64,000 nt of DNA from Gemmatimonadales bacterium (GTDB lineage: Bacteria; Gemmatimonadota; Gemmatimonadetes; Gemmatimonadales; GWC2-71-9): NCBI GenBank assembly GCA_037189525.1, contig JBBCJC010000003.1, positions 448,001 through 512,000 of the forward strand. The letters run 5' to 3'. Position 1 is the stretch's first letter; the number at the start of each line of letters is the position of its first letter. The notes under the pieces were generated by a model. It worked only from the letters and a program-made list of their open reading frames with translations, was not told where the DNA came from and searched no databases. Below are positions 62,016-64,000 of the stretch, in pieces. Position numbers and translations under genes: made by a program.

Positions 62016-63032
62016 ATGAATCCACTTCGCGTCGAAGTCACCCGGGGTTCCCTGGTCGAGTCGGTGCATCAGGTGTCTGCTGCGGTCGTGACGGCCGATG
62101 ATGAACTGGTCGCCGCGGCGGGCAATCCCGATCTGATCACATTCTGGCGGTCCGCCGCCAAGCCTTTCCAAGCCATGCCGCTGATCGAGGACGGGGTCGC
62201 CGAGCGATTCGGTCTGACCGATGACGAACTCGCGCTGGCGTGCGCCTCGCATTCGAGCGAACCGTTCCATCTCGAGGGGGTCGATCGGTTCCTGGCCAAG
62301 GTCGGGGTCGAGGAGCGCGACCTGGCCTGCGGTCCGCACCCGCCGTTGTCGGCGGAGGTGGCCCGAGCCGTGACCCGGGACGGCATCGTGATGACCCCCC
62401 GGTGGAGCAACTGCTCGGGGAAGCACACCGGGATGCTCGCGACGGCCAAACATCACGGCTGGCCGCTGGCCGGATACGAACGCGCCGGGCATCCGCTCCA
62501 GGATCGGTTGCTCGACTCGGCCGCCCACTGGAGCGGCCTGGGCCGGGACCAGATCGTTCTGGGCGTCGACGGGTGCACCACGGTCTGTTACGGGATGCCA
62601 CTCCGCGCCATGGCGCTGGCCTATGCCCGCTTTGCCGTGGCCGAGGAGGATGCCCCGCGCCGGTTGTATCGGGCAATGACCGAGCATCCGGAACTGGTGG
62701 CGGGCACCAATCGCCTGTGCACCGATCTGATGCGCGCTTGGGAAGGGGCGATAGTGGCCAAGGTCGGGGCGGAAGGGGTCTACAGCGCCGCCGTGCCCAG
62801 CTTGCGGTTAGGCATCGCCATCAAGGTGATGGACGGCGACCTTCGCTCCGTCGGGATTGCGCTGATTGCCGTCCTTCGGCAAATCCTCGAGCGGAGTCCG
62901 CGCTACGATGCGGCCGAGGAAGCGCGTCTGGCCTCGCTCGCGGGCCATGCGGAGCCAGTGGTCCGGCATACCCGGGGCGGGGTCGTGGGCGCGCTTCGCG
63001 GGGCGGGCGAACTACAGTTTTTCCGCACCTGA
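62016..63032 (+). CDS. Asparaginase (Rhizobium AnsA / L-asparaginase II family); start 62001 or 62016
   Basis: VTRGSLVESVH, RSAAKPFQ, CASH, NCSGKH, DGC, AKVGAEGV. Confidence 0.92.
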   Translation: MNPLRVEVTRGSLVESVHQVSAAVVTADDELVAAAGNPDLITFWRSAAKPFQAMPLIEDGVAERFGLTDDELALACASHSSEPFHLEGVDRFLAKVGVEERDLACGPHPPLSAEVARAVTRDGIVMTPRWSNCSGKHTGMLATAKHHGWPLAGYERAGHPLQDRLLDSAAHWSGLGRDQIVLGVDGCTTVCYGMPLRAMALAYARFAVAEEDAPRRLYRAMTEHPELVAGTNRLCTDLMRAWEGAIVAKVGAEGVYSAAVPSLRLGIAIKVMDGDLRSVGIALIAVLRQILERSPRYDAAEEARLASLAGHAEPVVRHTRGGVVGALRGAGELQFFRT

Positions 63033-63075
63033 TGCGCATCGAATCGGTACGGCGTTTGTCGATGGGCCAACTATC

Positions 63076-63711
63076 ATGAGCGCACTCGACCTGAGGACTC
63101 GCGCCTTCGTCGACCTGGCGGCGGCCGTAGCGGTCGGTGACGATACCCTCCTTCGGATCCACGCCGACCGGGCCGTGGAGGCTGGAGTGCCGGTCCTGTG
63201 GGGCGACGAACTGGTGCTCCAGTCGGTGCTGATGGTGGGCTATCCGCGCGCGCTGGTCGCGGCGGCGGTCTGGCGCGCGGTAACCGGGCAGCCGGCCGCG
63301 TTCGAAGAGGCGGGAGAGGATTTTTCTCAGCTGCCCCTCTGGGCAGAACGGGGAGAGCGGACCTGCCGGACCATCTACGGCGTCAACTACGACAAGTTGC
63401 GCCGCAACGTCCGCGAGCTGCATCCGTCGCTGGATGCCTGGATGGTGATGGAAGGGTACGGTCGCACCCTGTCGCGGCCCGGGCTCGATCTGGTGCAGCG
63501 CGAGTTGGGCGTGGTAGCGCAGGTGCTCGTGCTCGGTGCGGAGCGGCAGTTGCACTCCCATTTGCGCGGGGCGCGCCATGCCGGGGCGACCGACACCATG
63601 CTCGACGAGGTAATGGCGCTGGCCGGTGCGCAGGCAGCGCCGGAAGCGTATCGGAAGGGGCTGGCGCTCTGGGAGCGGATTCGCGGAACGCAGGAGACGG
63701 GGCAGGGGTGA
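63076..63711 (+). CDS. Carboxymuconolactone decarboxylase / AhpD-like protein
   Basis: ELVLQSVLMVGYP, EGYGRTLSRPGLD..REL, QLHSHLRGA..AGA. Confidence 0.8.
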   Translation: MSALDLRTRAFVDLAAAVAVGDDTLLRIHADRAVEAGVPVLWGDELVLQSVLMVGYPRALVAAAVWRAVTGQPAAFEEAGEDFSQLPLWAERGERTCRTIYGVNYDKLRRNVRELHPSLDAWMVMEGYGRTLSRPGLDLVQRELGVVAQVLVLGAERQLHSHLRGARHAGATDTMLDEVMALAGAQAAPEAYRKGLALWERIRGTQETGQG

Positions 63712-63712
63712 G

Positions 63713-64000
63713 ATGAATTTTGTCGATCGGGTGGAAGTCCAGGTGGCCGGTGGCGCCGGCGGGTCGGGCGTCGCGTCCTTTGCGCGCTTCAAGTACGTGC
63801 CCAAAGGCGGGCCGGACGGGGGCGACGGCGGCCATGGCGGTAACGTCGTGGTTCGGGCGGATGCGAACCTGGCGACGCTGCTCGACTACCGCTACCGGAA
63901 CCTCTGGAAAGCCCCGAGCGGCCAGAACGGCAAGGGCAAAAACATGACCGGCGCCACGGGCGATGACATCGTCCTGCCGGTGCCGCCCGGGACCGTGATT
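63713..64000 (+). CDS. obgE: GTPase ObgE; 3' end lies outside the window
   Basis: Translated by hand: MNFVDRVEVQVAGGAGGSGVASFARFKYVPKGGPDGGDGGHGG...TLLDYRY...VPPGT. Confidence 0.97.
   Translation, partial: MNFVDRVEVQVAGGAGGSGVASFARFKYVPKGGPDGGDGGHGGNVVVRADANLATLLDYRYRNLWKAPSGQNGKGKNMTGATGDDIVLPVPPGTVI

Overview
GC-rich bacterial chromosome segment. The gene content (ADOP-type permeases, plug-only TonB-like protein, PEP-CTERM protein) suggests Gemmatimonadota; this is inference, not a search result. 1-26.2 kb is mostly housekeeping: ppiD/surA-like (partial), a TPR protein with a 29-heptad minisatellite, aroQ, pepP, accB, a pilT-like ATPase, accC, comB, ftsK, an ABC permease, a mazEF-type pair beside a decayed RelE/XRE toxin-antitoxin relic, yraN, recA, recX, alaS, a cpsB-like phosphatase, gmhA, an SDR, cca, rarA and hflX. 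26.2-48.8 kb is a Wzy-type surface polysaccharide locus: glycosyltransferases, wzz-like, wzx, an apparent Wzy-Wzz fusion, heparinase II/III-like, bi-domain oxidoreductase, a pglCDEF-like set, KpsS-like, pyruvyltransferase-like, a PEP-CTERM gene and an SLBB export protein. 48.8-64 kb holds secreted proteins, two convergent tRNAs (Ile2-CAT, Val-CAC) enclosing accessory genes including a low-GC orphan tailspike-like gene, then hldA, wzi, asparaginase, a CMD-family gene and obgE (partial). The most unusual observations are the polymerase/co-polymerase fusion, the orphan tailspike-like gene, the heptad insertion in the TPR protein, pilT splitting accB-accC, and a DnaA-box-like cluster before recA. 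All family calls come from motif recognition by eye; no searches were run.
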